Source: Acidobacteriota bacterium (GTDB taxonomy: Bacteria; Acidobacteriota; UBA4820; DSQY01). Taken from it: a DNA stretch of 64,000 nucleotides. Both the position numbers and the translations under genes were made by a program. The notes beneath the pieces are model-generated. The model saw only the letters and a list, made by a program, of their open reading frames with translations, was not told where the DNA came from and did no database searches. Of this stretch, positions 7,810-17,276 are shown piece after piece. The DNA is taken from contig JAJYLT010000001.1 in assembly GCA_021787565.1 (NCBI GenBank), forward strand, positions 99,298-163,297, written 5' to 3'. Position 1 is the stretch's first letter. Every line of letters begins with the position of its first letter.

Positions 7810-9427
7810 GTAGCGGCTGTCCTGCGTCTTTGATGAAGGCCATGGCCGGAAGGTTCTGCATGAAGAGGGCGAACCGCTCCTCGCTCTCGCGCAGGGCTAT
7901 CTCGGCCTCCTTGCGCTCGGTGATGTCCTGGGCGATGCCGCGCAGCCCTGTCGTGACGCCGTCCCTGTCCCGAACGGGCTCGCCGCGCGCGAACATCCAC
8001 CCCCTGCTTCCGTCCGGCCGGGCCAACTCCAATTCCAATTCGTAAGGGATCCCCGTCTCCAGTGTGTCCCCAATGGCCGCCCGCAGGCGCTCCCAGCTCT
8101 CAGGCGCGAAGAGGCGCGCCTGTTCCTGGTAGGGCACCGCCGGCGAATTCGGGTCGAGGTCCAGCATCCGGTACAGCTCGGAAGACCATGTGACCGCTCC
8201 CGTCCGGGAATCCATGGTCCAACTTCCCAACCGGGCCACGCGCTGCGCCTCCTTGAGTTCGGCCTCGTTCTCGCGCAACGCCCGTTCCACCGCCAGGCGT
8301 CCTCGGCGCTCCTCCATGGCCTGAAGGGCGTAGCCCAGGTCGCCGGCCAGCTCGTCCAGGAGGGCCACCTCCTCCTCGCCGAAGGCGTGGGGTCGATCGG
8401 CGTAGACCGACAGGGCGCCAACGACGACTTCCCGCACGCGAATCGGGAAGGCCGCCGAGGAGCGGTAGCCGGCCCGCAGGACCGCCTCGCGCCAGGGGGC
8501 CACGGCGGGATTGGTCGTCACGTCCAGGTTGAGGACGTGGCGGTTCTCCCGGATGGCCGTGCCCGTGGGGCCCCGCCCCGGCGGGGAATCGTCCCAGCGC
8601 ACCGTCACGCCGTCGAGGTAGGCCCTAGCGCCCTCGCTGGAGGCGGCGGGCGCCACGGTCCCCGCCGCTTCATCCTTGAAGCCCACCCAGGCCATTCGGA
8701 ACATCCCGCTGTCCACCAAGATGCGGCAGGCTTCGGCGAGCAGGCGCTCGCGGTCCTGCTCCCGCACGATGAGCTGGTTGATCTCGGAGATCGTGCGGAG
8801 CAGCCGGTTGAGCTGGAGGATCCGGGTCTCGGACCTCTCCCGTTCGGCGACGACCGCCTTCAGCGCCCTCATCCGCTGGCGGCGCCAGAGGCCATACCCG
8901 ATGCCCATCAGGGTGATTAGGACGGCCAGAAGCAGCAGTCCCTGCCGGATCATCTCCCCGTGGTAGGGCGCCAGGGCCTCCGAGCGGTCCACCTTGACGA
9001 CCAGGCCCCACGTCGTCCCCCGGATGGGCCGGGTGGCGGCGAGGACGGGGATGCCGCGGTAGTCGGTGAACTCGCCGAAGGTCTTGCGGCCCTGCACGGC
9101 GGAGCGGGCGGCCAGGCCCTTCGTACTCACGCTCGAAAAGGAGGCCACTTCCCGGGCGTCGCCCCACCGCTCGCCAAGCCACGCCTCCAGCGCCGCCGCG
9201 CGATCGTCCGCCATGGCCGTGAGGCGCTCCCGCCAGGCGTCCAGGACCTGGGCCCGCTTGCTGAGGGCATAGCGATAGGCCCCCAGGCCGATGGGCGCGA
9301 GGCCGATGGGCACGAGCAGCGCGAGGCCGACACCCAAACCGAGGGCGCGGCGAAAGGTGATGAGGCGTGTCCTCTCTGGATGGGGAGAACCGGAGCCCGG
9401 CATCCTGCTTCCCCTCAACGCCGTCAA
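7799..9427 (-). CDS. Sensor histidine kinase, N-terminal part (signal/TM, periplasmic sensor domain, TM, GAF, PAS) ending prematurely at TAA 7799-7801
   Basis: Hydrophobic N-terminus (LALLVPIGLAPIGLGAY), then a periplasmic domain, a second TM (LLLLAVLITLMGIGYGLW), GAF and PAS domains. It ends ...[21 protein letters not shown], and the PAS consensus continues in the -1 frame as ..[10 protein letters not shown] of the downstream ORF. Confidence 0.7.
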   Translation of the reverse strand: MTALRGSRMPGSGSPHPERTRLITFRRALGLGVGLALLVPIGLAPIGLGAYRYALSKRAQVLDAWRERLTAMADDRAAALEAWLGERWGDAREVASFSSVSTKGLAARSAVQGRKTFGEFTDYRGIPVLAATRPIRGTTWGLVVKVDRSEALAPYHGEMIRQGLLLLAVLITLMGIGYGLWRRQRMRALKAVVAERERSETRILQLNRLLRTISEINQLIVREQDRERLLAEACRILVDSGMFRMAWVGFKDEAAGTVAPAASSEGARAYLDGVTVRWDDSPPGRGPTGTAIRENRHVLNLDVTTNPAVAPWREAVLRAGYRSSAAFPIRVREVVVGALSVYADRPHAFGEEEVALLDELAGDLGYALQAMEERRGRLAVERALRENEAELKEAQRVARLGSWTMDSRTGAVTWSSELYRMLDLDPNSPAVPYQEQARLFAPESWERLRAAIGDTLETGIPYELELELARPDGSRGWMFARGEPVRDRDGVTTGLRGIAQDITERKEAEIALRESEERFALFMQNLPAMAFIKDAGQPLRVR

Positions 9428-9698
9428 GCGATGCCTGGTCCGGGAGCCGATCGTCAGCTTGCACTGGCTCGTTGAACTGTAATGCCTTTGTCCTGGCGGC
9501 GCAAGAGCGCTCCGATTTTTCCGCAGAGCGGGGCCGCGGCCCCCAACCCCGTCCCCGTGACCACCGCCACGGCCCAGCGGCGTGAGCCGTTAGGCCCCCC
9601 CCAAGGAGTCACACGAAAGCAGTCCTCCGTCACCGGGGGCCTGCCTTCCCATGTCCGCCTCGTCGCTACCCGCCTCCTCATGTCTTGGCTTCGTTTCT

Positions 9699-9862
9699 CG
9701 TCGTCCCGGCGAGCGGAGCGAGTCCAGAATCGGGGGCGGTGAAGGAGAAGGATTCCGGACAAGCCGGAATGACGGAACGGGTGGTACGCGCCAATCGAGG
9801 AACGCCCATCCACCCAGTCATTCTGGCGAGCGGAGCGAGTCCAGAATCCATGGCCAATGGCA
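9699..9862. repeat. REP-like element family A, cluster of 3-4 units
   Basis: cccggcgagcggagcgagtccagaatc ... ggattccggacaagccggaatgacgg ... agtcattctggcgagcggagcgagtccagaatc. Same units as 3031-3122. Confidence 0.5.
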
Positions 9863-9925
9863 ACCTCACGGCCATCCCTCGCCTGACCGGCTGGTCAGCT
9901 ATCGCCAGCGGGCTCTTCGACGGCC

Positions 9926-12900
9926 TCACGCCAGCGGCAACTTCACGGTGAACGTGGCGCCGGGCGGGGGGTCGTTGTCGGCGGCCTCGATGGTGCCGCC
10001 GCAGGACTCGACGTAGTGGCGAGCGAGGGCGAGGCCGAGTCCGCGGCGGTGGGCGCTTGCGGTGACGAAGGGTTCGAAGAGGCGGTTCCGGATGGAGGGA
10101 GGCAGTCCCGGTCCCCGGTCCGAGACGCTGATGGAGCAGACACCGTCCTTGCACAGGCAGGCCACGGTGATGTCGCCATCAGGCGGCGACACCTGGGCGG
10201 CGTTGTCGAGAATGTGCAGGAGGGCTTTGACGATTCGCTTCGGGGCTCCTAGGAACGGTTCCGGGCGGTCGCGGAAGGTCGTCGTGATGCGGCCGTGAAG
10301 GCGGGGGTCGTCCTCCTCCGCCAGCGCCACGGCCTCCGCCACGAGCTGGCGGGGATCGCTCAGGATGATCTGTTCTCCGCTGGAGGCCTGGCCCAGCTCC
10401 AGCAGGCTCTGCATGAGGGAGTTCAGCCGCCTGGCGTGCTCGAGCACGTTGTCCAGGAAGCTCTGGGCCTCGGCCTCGGGGCTGCAGCGCCGGGCCAGGG
10501 CCTCGAGGTTGACCTGGATGGCGAAGAGGGGGTTGCGCACCTCGTGGGCCACGCCGCCGGCGATGGTGCCGATGGTCTCCAGACCCCTGGCGCGCAGGCG
10601 CTCGCGGGCGAGCGCCTCTCTCGCCGTGATGTCGATGATGGAACCCTCGATCACCTGGCCGTGGCCGGGCTCGTCGTGGACGAGCGCGGCGCTGATGAGG
10701 ACGTGGATGGGCTTGCCGTCCAGCCGCAGGAGCCTCACCTCCATGCCGGAGACCTTGCCCTCGCGCTTCAGCGCCTCGATGAACGGGAGACGGCCCGAGG
10801 GGTCCGCGTAGCGGTCGAGGATGCTGGTGTGGATGATCGCTTCGGGGCCGGCGGCGCCGAGCATCGCGGCGAAAGCGGCGTTGCAGTCCAGGAGCCTGCC
10901 GTCGAGCGAGGTCTTGTACACGCCGGCGAGGCTCCGCTCGAATAGTTTCCGGTAGCGCTCCTCGCTCTCGGCCAATGCATCCTCGGCGGCCCTACGGGTG
11001 GTCACGTCGCGGACGACCCCGCGGAAGCCCGAGTAGCGCCCTTCCGACACCTGGATGGGACTGGCCGAGGCCTCGAAGGCCCTGACGGAACCGTCGGGAA
11101 GAAAAATCTCCCAATCGGTGCCCGTCTCGCGTTGGCCCGTCGTGAAGATGCGGTGAAACGTGGAGAAGATCCTCTCCACCGTGTCCGGGGTCATGACGCT
11201 CCGGTAGGAAGCGCCCAGGAGTTCGTGCTCCGGGCGCCCGAAGATTCGGTAGAAGGCGCCGTTCGCGAAGGTCAGGTTCCCCTGGAGGTCCACCTCGTAG
11301 TAGCCCTCCTCCATGTTGTCGAGGATGGCGCGGTATTTCTGCTCGCTGGTCCGGAGGGCCTCGGTAGAGAGCCTCCGTTGGAGAGATTGCGCCACCTCCG
11401 AGGAGACGAACTCCAGCAGGTGCAGGTCCTCTTCACCGTAAGCCAGCGGGTCGGCGTAATCCTGGACGGCCATGACGCCGATGGCCCGGTCGCCCACCTT
11501 CAGGGGCACTCCGAGCCACACCTTGGATGGCGCGCCGTCCAATTGCGCCTCTCCCTGCCTCTGCAATTCCGCGTGGACGGCCTCGTTGACCAGGATCGAC
11601 CGGCCATGGCGCAGCACGTAGGTCGTGAGATTCCTGCCCAGCGGCTCGGGTTCGGGCTGTGGGTCCATCTCGTCCACCCAGTAGGGGAATGACAGCAGAC
11701 CCTTGTCGTCATCGAATAGAGCGATGTAGAAGTTCTTGGCCGGCATGTGGGCCATGACCTCCCGGTGCACCAACTGGTAGAGTTCCTGGAGATCCGAGGA
11801 GGTGGAGGCGGCCTTGGCGATGGTGTAGAGGGTCTGGCGCAGCTTCTCGGCCCTCTTGCGTTCCGTGACGTCTCTGACGACCGAGAGTATCAACTGCCGG
11901 CCTCGAAAGGTGATCATACGTGTACTGATCTCGGTGGGGATGACGCGTCCGTCGCGCGTTCTATGCGAAACCTGGAAGAGGCCGTGGCCCTCTCGCCGCA
12001 CCTGATCGATTCTCTCCTGCGCCAGGTGGGCCGACTCGGGGGCATCGATGTCCATGACGGTCATCTGCAGGAGTTCATCACGCCCGTAACCCAGGCGCTC
12101 TACAAGGACCTCGTTCGCGTCGATGATTCGGCCGGCGCCATCGATGAGGAGAATTCCGTCGCTGGTGTGATTAAAGAGCGTTTGGTATCGCTCTTCACTC
12201 TCGCGTAACGTCTCCTCGGCCCGCTTGCGGTCGGTGACCTCGATGGAGATGCCGCCGATCAGGTTGACCCGGCCCTGCGCGTCCTGGACGGGGAATTTGG
12301 AAGAGATCCACCAGGACTCGCGACCATCGATGACCAACCTCTCCTGGTCCCAGAGGAGCTCCTCTCCCCCCAGGATCTGCGCGTCCTCCTCGAGGATGGC
12401 CCGGGCCTCTCCCGGGGGGAGGACTTCATCCACGGGCCGCCCCAGGGTCTCCTGCGCCGCCTTGCCGGTCAGCCTTTCCCACGCCTCGTTGACGTAGACG
12501 TAGCGTCCCTCGGCGTCCCGGAGGAAGGCTAGAGCCGGAAGATAGCGCATGAAGGAGGCGAAGCGGGCCTCCGACTCCTCGCGGGCCGACAGCTCCGCCT
12601 GGAGTTCTTCGTTGAGGCGCGAGATAATCGCGGTCTTCGCGCGGATGCCCTCGTGGAGGCGCTCGCGCCGGTTCACCAGCAGGTAGGTGGACCAGAAGAG
12701 GAGGAGGGCGATAAGGGCCCCGCTGGCCCAGGGGGCCGCGCGATCTTCGCTCGGCTCCGCTCCCCAGCCGGCCGCGGGTACGGCCCCGAACTCCCATCGG
12801 CCGCCTCCCAGATCCAGCGTCTTCAGGACCGGCCGGGCTGAGAAGAGCGAGGAGGGGCCGAAGGCGACCTTTCCATCGGGCCCTCGCGCCGCGATGAGGA

Positions 12901-13516
12901 GGGGGAATGCCTTCCCATCGAATCCCGCCTCCTCCAGGAGCGCGGGGAAATCCGCGCAGACCCCGACGAGCCACCGGCCGCCGGGTGCCTCGACCGCCAA
13001 CGTGGCCGTGATGCCCGTGCCGCCCTGGATCAGCGGGTGGGGAGGGGTGATGGTGAGCTTGCCGGTTCGGAGGGCCAGGTCCACCGCCCCGCGTACTTCG
13101 AGGCGAGTGTCATGCTTCAGGTCCAGGTTGCGCAGCGCCTGGTTGCCCTCCTCGGGGTAGAAGTAGGTGATCACTCCATGGGGCGCGGCCCATATGGCTC
13201 GAAGGTGGGGTGTTCGCTCGTAGATCTGCCGGAGAAAGGGCGGCAGATCCGCGGGCAGGTCGGCGGCGGGAGTCACGCGAAGGAAAGCGGCCAGGCTCTC
13301 CGCGGCCGCCAGTCGTTTTTCGACGGTCAGGCGGAGCGTCAGGATGCGATCGCCCAACTGATCGGCCGTCTGGGCCCGCTGCACCGCGATGATGCCCGAC
13401 CGATGGAAGCGGACCACTTGGGACCAGACGATCAGGAACAGGCTCGCGGCCAGCAGGCCGAGGGCAATGGATTTTCGACGTGGCTTCGTGATGCGCCTGA
13501 CCCAAGACCCAAACAT
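9926..13516 (-). CDS. Large membrane sensor histidine kinase (periplasmic sensor domain, several PAS domains, GAF, HisKA, HATPase_c), 1196 aa
   Basis: N-terminal TM (SIALGLLAASLFLIVW), a ~250-aa periplasmic domain, a second TM (ALIALLLFWSTYLLV), multiple PAS segments (FMRYLPALAFLRDAEGRYVYVNEAWERLTG), the H-box HEVRNPLFAI and a C-terminal G-box ending NDPPPGATFTVKLPLA. Confidence 0.85.
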   Translation of the reverse strand: MFGSWVRRITKPRRKSIALGLLAASLFLIVWSQVVRFHRSGIIAVQRAQTADQLGDRILTLRLTVEKRLAAAESLAAFLRVTPAADLPADLPPFLRQIYERTPHLRAIWAAPHGVITYFYPEEGNQALRNLDLKHDTRLEVRGAVDLALRTGKLTITPPHPLIQGGTGITATLAVEAPGGRWLVGVCADFPALLEEAGFDGKAFPLLIAARGPDGKVAFGPSSLFSARPVLKTLDLGGGRWEFGAVPAAGWGAEPSEDRAAPWASGALIALLLFWSTYLLVNRRERLHEGIRAKTAIISRLNEELQAELSAREESEARFASFMRYLPALAFLRDAEGRYVYVNEAWERLTGKAAQETLGRPVDEVLPPGEARAILEEDAQILGGEELLWDQERLVIDGRESWWISSKFPVQDAQGRVNLIGGISIEVTDRKRAEETLRESEERYQTLFNHTSDGILLIDGAGRIIDANEVLVERLGYGRDELLQMTVMDIDAPESAHLAQERIDQVRREGHGLFQVSHRTRDGRVIPTEISTRMITFRGRQLILSVVRDVTERKRAEKLRQTLYTIAKAASTSSDLQELYQLVHREVMAHMPAKNFYIALFDDDKGLLSFPYWVDEMDPQPEPEPLGRNLTTYVLRHGRSILVNEAVHAELQRQGEAQLDGAPSKVWLGVPLKVGDRAIGVMAVQDYADPLAYGEEDLHLLEFVSSEVAQSLQRRLSTEALRTSEQKYRAILDNMEEGYYEVDLQGNLTFANGAFYRIFGRPEHELLGASYRSVMTPDTVERIFSTFHRIFTTGQRETGTDWEIFLPDGSVRAFEASASPIQVSEGRYSGFRGVVRDVTTRRAAEDALAESEERYRKLFERSLAGVYKTSLDGRLLDCNAAFAAMLGAAGPEAIIHTSILDRYADPSGRLPFIEALKREGKVSGMEVRLLRLDGKPIHVLISAALVHDEPGHGQVIEGSIIDITAREALARERLRARGLETIGTIAGGVAHEVRNPLFAIQVNLEALARRCSPEAEAQSFLDNVLEHARRLNSLMQSLLELGQASSGEQIILSDPRQLVAEAVALAEEDDPRLHGRITTTFRDRPEPFLGAPKRIVKALLHILDNAAQVSPPDGDITVACLCKDGVCSISVSDRGPGLPPSIRNRLFEPFVTASAHRRGLGLALARHYVESCGGTIEAADNDPPPGATFTVKLPLA

Positions 13517-13788
13517 GCCCTAGCCCCTATTCTTATGGGATGCCCGACGGGCATCCTCGCCATTGTGCGGACCGTGCCACGGTGATCCGTCCGAGGTGGG
13601 TTCGAGCAAGAAGCGGGCCAGTCTCCTTTCCCCTGCCGCACCGCCCCGTGCCATCGTCCCAGCTCAACCTGGACGGGCTCTTGGGGTCGTCTCAGGAGTG
13701 AGAAGTGGCGGGCGCGGGGAAGAAGGTGTCCGCCGGGTAACCAGGCTGGCTAGAAAAGGTGACAGCGTGGGGCCCGGGGGAAGAGGCT

Positions 13789-14002
13789 ATACAGAGCGGC
13801 ATAAGTGAAGGCGCATAAGGTGGTGGGGCTTGGGGAGTATGCCGCTCTGTATTCGCGGGGAAGGCCCCACCCCTTGCGAGTGCGGCCCTGTGGGCCGCGC
13901 AAGGGCTGAGCCCTCCCCGCGGGCCCTACCGGGAGAGGCGCGGCGGCGCCTCCCCCGGACCCCCACCCGCATACAGCGCGCCGGACTTCCGTCGCGCTGT
14001 AT
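13789..14002. other. Two hairpins sharing ATACAG...CTGTAT stems (13789-13862 with a ~46-nt loop; 13971-14002)
   Basis: atacagagcggcat ...(46 nt)... atgccgctctgtat, and atacagcgcg ccggacttccgt cgcgctgtat. They lie in the promoter region of the kinase gene (9926-13516) and 3' of the convergent exported-protein gene. Confidence 0.3.
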
Positions 14003-14072
14003 AGACGGGAGAAAACAAAGCGGGAAGCCCGGGTGGGCTTCCCGCTGGATGGCGGAGCGGGGGAGGGCCGGA

Positions 14073-14633
14073 TCAGGTGGTGCCTCCGGCGGCCTTCCTC
14101 TTCATGTTCATGGGACAGTTCTTCATGCACTCGGCTCGCGTGTCCACGAGCTTCTTGAGGTTCTGCTCGTGGGACTTGAGGAAGGCGGCCCGGTCGGTGG
14201 CCGGCACGCCCTTCTTCATCGCGGCCAGATCGCTCTCGAGGGACTTGAAGGCCTCCTGCATGGCGGCTCGGTGCGGGCAGGCCTTCCCGGCCATCTTGCC
14301 GCCCTTCATGGCGGCGCGGCTCTTGACGCACTCCTCGCGAGCGGCCATCAGGGCCGCGAGGTTCTGCTCATGGGCCTTGAGGAAGGCGTCCTGCTCGCCG
14401 GCGGGGATGCCCTTCTCCATCACGGCAAGGTCGGTCTCGGCCGAGCCGAAAGCCTTCTGCATGGCCTCTCGCTGCGGGCAGGCGGCGCGCTTGGCGCAAC
14501 AGCCCTTCTGCCCCGCCGCGGCGGTCTTGCCCGCGCAGCAGCCGTGGCCCCCGGCTAGAGCGGCGGTGCCGAACACGACAAACGCGCCGAGAGCCAGCGC
14601 GGCCAAGAGAACGATAGGACGTCTGCTTTTCAT
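14073..14633 (-). CDS. Exported Cys/His-rich protein with two ~55-aa internal repeats (possible periplasmic metal-binding protein), function unknown
   Basis: Likely start MKSRRPIVLLAALALGAFVVFG (signal peptide) with a GGAGG RBS. Motifs GHGCCAGK and GCCAKRAACP, then repeats CPQREAMQKAFGSAETDLAVMEKGIPAGEQDAFLKAHEQNL..REEC and CPHRAAMQEAFKSLESDLAAMKKGVPATDRAAFLKSHEQNL..RAEC. Confidence 0.5.
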   Translation of the reverse strand: MKSRRPIVLLAALALGAFVVFGTAALAGGHGCCAGKTAAAGQKGCCAKRAACPQREAMQKAFGSAETDLAVMEKGIPAGEQDAFLKAHEQNLAALMAAREECVKSRAAMKGGKMAGKACPHRAAMQEAFKSLESDLAAMKKGVPATDRAAFLKSHEQNLKKLVDTRAECMKNCPMNMKRKAAGGTT

Positions 14634-14762
14634 GCAACCTCCTCTACGGTTTCCATCCCGACCCTTCGGGCCCGTCCGGTCCCGAACGCATCCAACGCTG
14701 AGTAAACCCGGGTACACGGCTTCTATTCCCCAACACTCTGGAGAATCCGGGCCATAACCCAC

Positions 14763-14791
14763 ATTTTAGCGGAACCGCTCCGCCCGGGCAA
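14763..14791 (-). promoter_or_regulatory. Putative sigma-70 promoter (TTGCCC-17-TAAAAT on the minus strand) for the Cys-rich protein gene
   Basis: Reverse complement reads ggcgTTGCCCgggcggagcggttccgcTAAAATgtggg, ~125 nt upstream of the start at 14633. Confidence 0.25.
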
Positions 14792-14804
14792 CGCCCCGCG
14801 GCAC

Positions 14805-14957
14805 CCCCGACTCCGCGATAGCGGCTCAACGCCTGCGTAGGAGCGGCGCCTCGCCGCGAACCGGGTGACCCTGCGACCAGGATGCGGTGCCCGCGTACGG
14901 TCCGTCGCGCCGGGGGCGGCGCTCCTACAAGTGCAATTCCATCGCGGAATTTGGGGG
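14805..14957. mobile_element. MITE-like palindromic element (~150 bp), copy A; terminal inverted repeats CCCC.A.TCCGCGAT / ATCGCGGAATTGGGGG with an internal long palindrome TGTAGGAGCGGCGCC...GGCGCTCCTACA
   Basis: Near-identical (~95%) to 22864-23015. No coding capacity. Confidence 0.55.
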
Positions 14958-15116
14958 CACCCAGGAGATCGGGAGACGCGAGGCGCCGAGAAGCCAAATA
15001 GCCGGGAGCACGGTGTTCCGGCTTCTTTCGACATCTCCTCATCTCCTCATCTCCTCATCTCGACATTCCGTCCGACGCCGCTTGCCTGGCCCGTTCCGCT
15101 GCATTAGGCTGGGGGC

Positions 15117-16301
15117 ATGAGCGGAAGCCGCACCTCCTGCAAGGCCGAGCGACGGGATCCGCCCGCGCCGTTGCGCCGGGCGCTCTTCGCGTGGCTCCTG
15201 CTCGGGGCCTGCCTGGCCGCGGCCGGTCAGGGCTTCGCCGGGGCGCCCGCGGGACATCGTCAGGCCGCCGCCCGGCACGCACCGCCCGCGCTCTACGATC
15301 GGGCCGAGTACGAGCGGGGACGGGCCCTCTGGGCCAAAGGGGAGCTGGGCGGCGCCGCGGAGGCCTTCGAGGGCATGCTCGGGGCGCCGGCGGGGGGGGA
15401 GGTCTGGACCTGGAGCGTCGCCCTTCTCTGCGAGAGCGGCGGCGTGGAGGGAATGGCTCGCTCCGTGAGCGGTCCCACGCCGGTCTTTCTCATCCCCGTG
15501 ACCTTCAAGGGGCGGGACTGCTACCGCCTCTGCGCCGGCCTGGAGCGGAGCCGCTCGGGAGTGCTCCGCCTGGGCAGGCCGAGGCTGGGGGACCCGGCCC
15601 TGCGCCCGTTCCCTGTTCAAATCCGCCCGCCCAGCGGCGGACATCAGGCGGCGGTACCCGTGTCCGAAGAGGCCCTGCCGCCGCACGATGCTCGGCCCCC
15701 AGAGGCTCCCTCTGAAAAGGTTCCTCCGCGGAAGGTCCTTCCTTCGGAACAGGCTGTCAGCCCGACGGTCGCGCCGGGCCAGGGGGCGGACCGTCCCCCG
15801 GATACCGGCGCACAGGCCGGTCCCCGGCAGGGAGCGGTTCATCAACCCGAAGGGGAGGTCTGGTTTCGGAAGGGGCTCCAGGCCTATCAGAGCGGGCGAA
15901 GGAGCGAAGCCGACGAGGATTTCGAGCGGGCCCTCGCGGCCGACCCCGAAAGGCCGGAGGTCCTGAACAATCTGGGGATCCTCCGGCTGGAAGAGAAGCG
16001 CTACACGGAGGCCGAGGCGCTCTTCCGCAAGGCCCTGGCGGTCGACCCCGAGTACGCGCGGGCCCATCTCAACCTGGCCGGCGCCCTGTGGGGGCAGAGG
16101 AAGCAGGCGGAGGCCGTGGCCGAGGCCCGGAAGGCCGCCGAGCTCGATCCTTCGGACGTCCATGCGCACCTCAGCCTGGCCTCCTTCTACCTGGCCCTGG
16201 GTCAGCGCCCCGAGGCGGAGGCGGAAGCGAAGCGGGTTTTGCTGCTGGATCCCGGCAACCTGCAGGCGAAGGCCTTTCTGGCCGCGGCGCCGAGTCCGTA
16301 G
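15117..16301 (+). CDS. Exported TPR-repeat protein with an N-terminal SPOR-like segment
   Basis: Signal peptide LFAWLLLGACLAAAGQG. The segment PVFLIPVTFKGRDCYRLCAGL is SPOR-like. The C-terminal half has typical TPR repeats (AEALFRKALAVDPEYARAHLNLAGALW..., AELDPSDVHAHLSLASFYLALGQ). Confidence 0.55.
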   Translation: MSGSRTSCKAERRDPPAPLRRALFAWLLLGACLAAAGQGFAGAPAGHRQAAARHAPPALYDRAEYERGRALWAKGELGGAAEAFEGMLGAPAGGEVWTWSVALLCESGGVEGMARSVSGPTPVFLIPVTFKGRDCYRLCAGLERSRSGVLRLGRPRLGDPALRPFPVQIRPPSGGHQAAVPVSEEALPPHDARPPEAPSEKVPPRKVLPSEQAVSPTVAPGQGADRPPDTGAQAGPRQGAVHQPEGEVWFRKGLQAYQSGRRSEADEDFERALAADPERPEVLNNLGILRLEEKRYTEAEALFRKALAVDPEYARAHLNLAGALWGQRKQAEAVAEARKAAELDPSDVHAHLSLASFYLALGQRPEAEAEAKRVLLLDPGNLQAKAFLAAAPSP

Positions 16302-16551
16302 GGGGCGAGACGGGAGACGTGAGGCGCTAGACGCGAGGCGCAAAGCATCATACGCGCGTCATCCTGAGGACCTCTTCGAAGGGCCGCTGGCTCAGGATCC
16401 CGTGGCAGAGAAACCACCGGTGGCATGGGAGCGGCGGGATCCTGTGCTAGCCGCCCGTTGTGGGCATGCCACAGGATGACGGGAAAAGAGCGCGACGCGC
16501 GATCAAGCGAGACGCAGAGAGGCGGCTGGCCGAAGCGCGGCCGCCTTTTCG

Positions 16552-16592
16552 GTCATTCTGGCGAGCGAAGCGCGTCCAGGACCTGGAATGAC
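16552..16592. repeat. REP-like element family A, single unit
   Basis: gtcattctggcgagcgaagcgcgtccaggacctggaatgac. Confidence 0.45.
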
Positions 16593-16697
16593 GGCGAGGA
16601 GGTAGGAGCCGGAAGGCACGAGGGAATACACAAAGATTCTTCACCCCATCGTGCCTGGGAGCCTTCGTGGTGAATCTCTTCCCGTCGGCCCGTGCCG

Positions 16698-17231
16698 TCA
16701 GCTCCCTGGCTTGGGGGCCCTCACGAGGTGGACGTCGCCGATCCAGACGGTGCCCTGGCCGTTGGCCACCAGGTTGAGCTTCACCACGTCGGGTTTCTGG
16801 CCGGCCTGGATGACCGTGGAGGTCTCCATGTCCACCCACCCGGTGGTGCCCCCGATGGCCTTCTGGTAGTTCATGGTGCTGAGCGAGCCGCCGTTGGCGA
16901 AGTGGACCACCATCTGCAGGTAGGCGTCACCGCCGAAGTCCTTGGTCTTGACCTTGGCCTTGTAGATCAGCGACGAGCCCTCGGCGCCCGGGAAGGGAAC
17001 ATCGAAGAGGGCGACCGTGGTGGGCTGGTCGGCGGTGATCTTGAGGGAGCCCTTGCCGTCCGCCGAGACGGAAGGATCGAAGGTGACCAGGCCCGGCGTC
17101 TGGACGCCGTCCATGTTGTCGCAGGGGAAATACTGGATGTCCTTGGGAGGCTGCGGTCCCTTCGAACAAGACAAGGCCGCCACCATGAGCGCGGCCAGCC
17201 CCACCAGGGCGATAGTGCGTACGTCTTTCAT
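16698..17231 (-). CDS. Lipoprotein of unknown function
   Basis: Start MKDVRTIALVGLAALMVAALSCSKG has a lipobox (LSC). The ORF-track N-terminal extension is upstream of the RBS. Confidence 0.55.
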   Translation of the reverse strand: MKDVRTIALVGLAALMVAALSCSKGPQPPKDIQYFPCDNMDGVQTPGLVTFDPSVSADGKGSLKITADQPTTVALFDVPFPGAEGSSLIYKAKVKTKDFGGDAYLQMVVHFANGGSLSTMNYQKAIGGTTGWVDMETSTVIQAGQKPDVVKLNLVANGQGTVWIGDVHLVRAPKPGS

Positions 17232-17276
17232 CGGTTCCTCCTCGGTACCTCCCATCGGAGGGATGGGCGGATCCCC

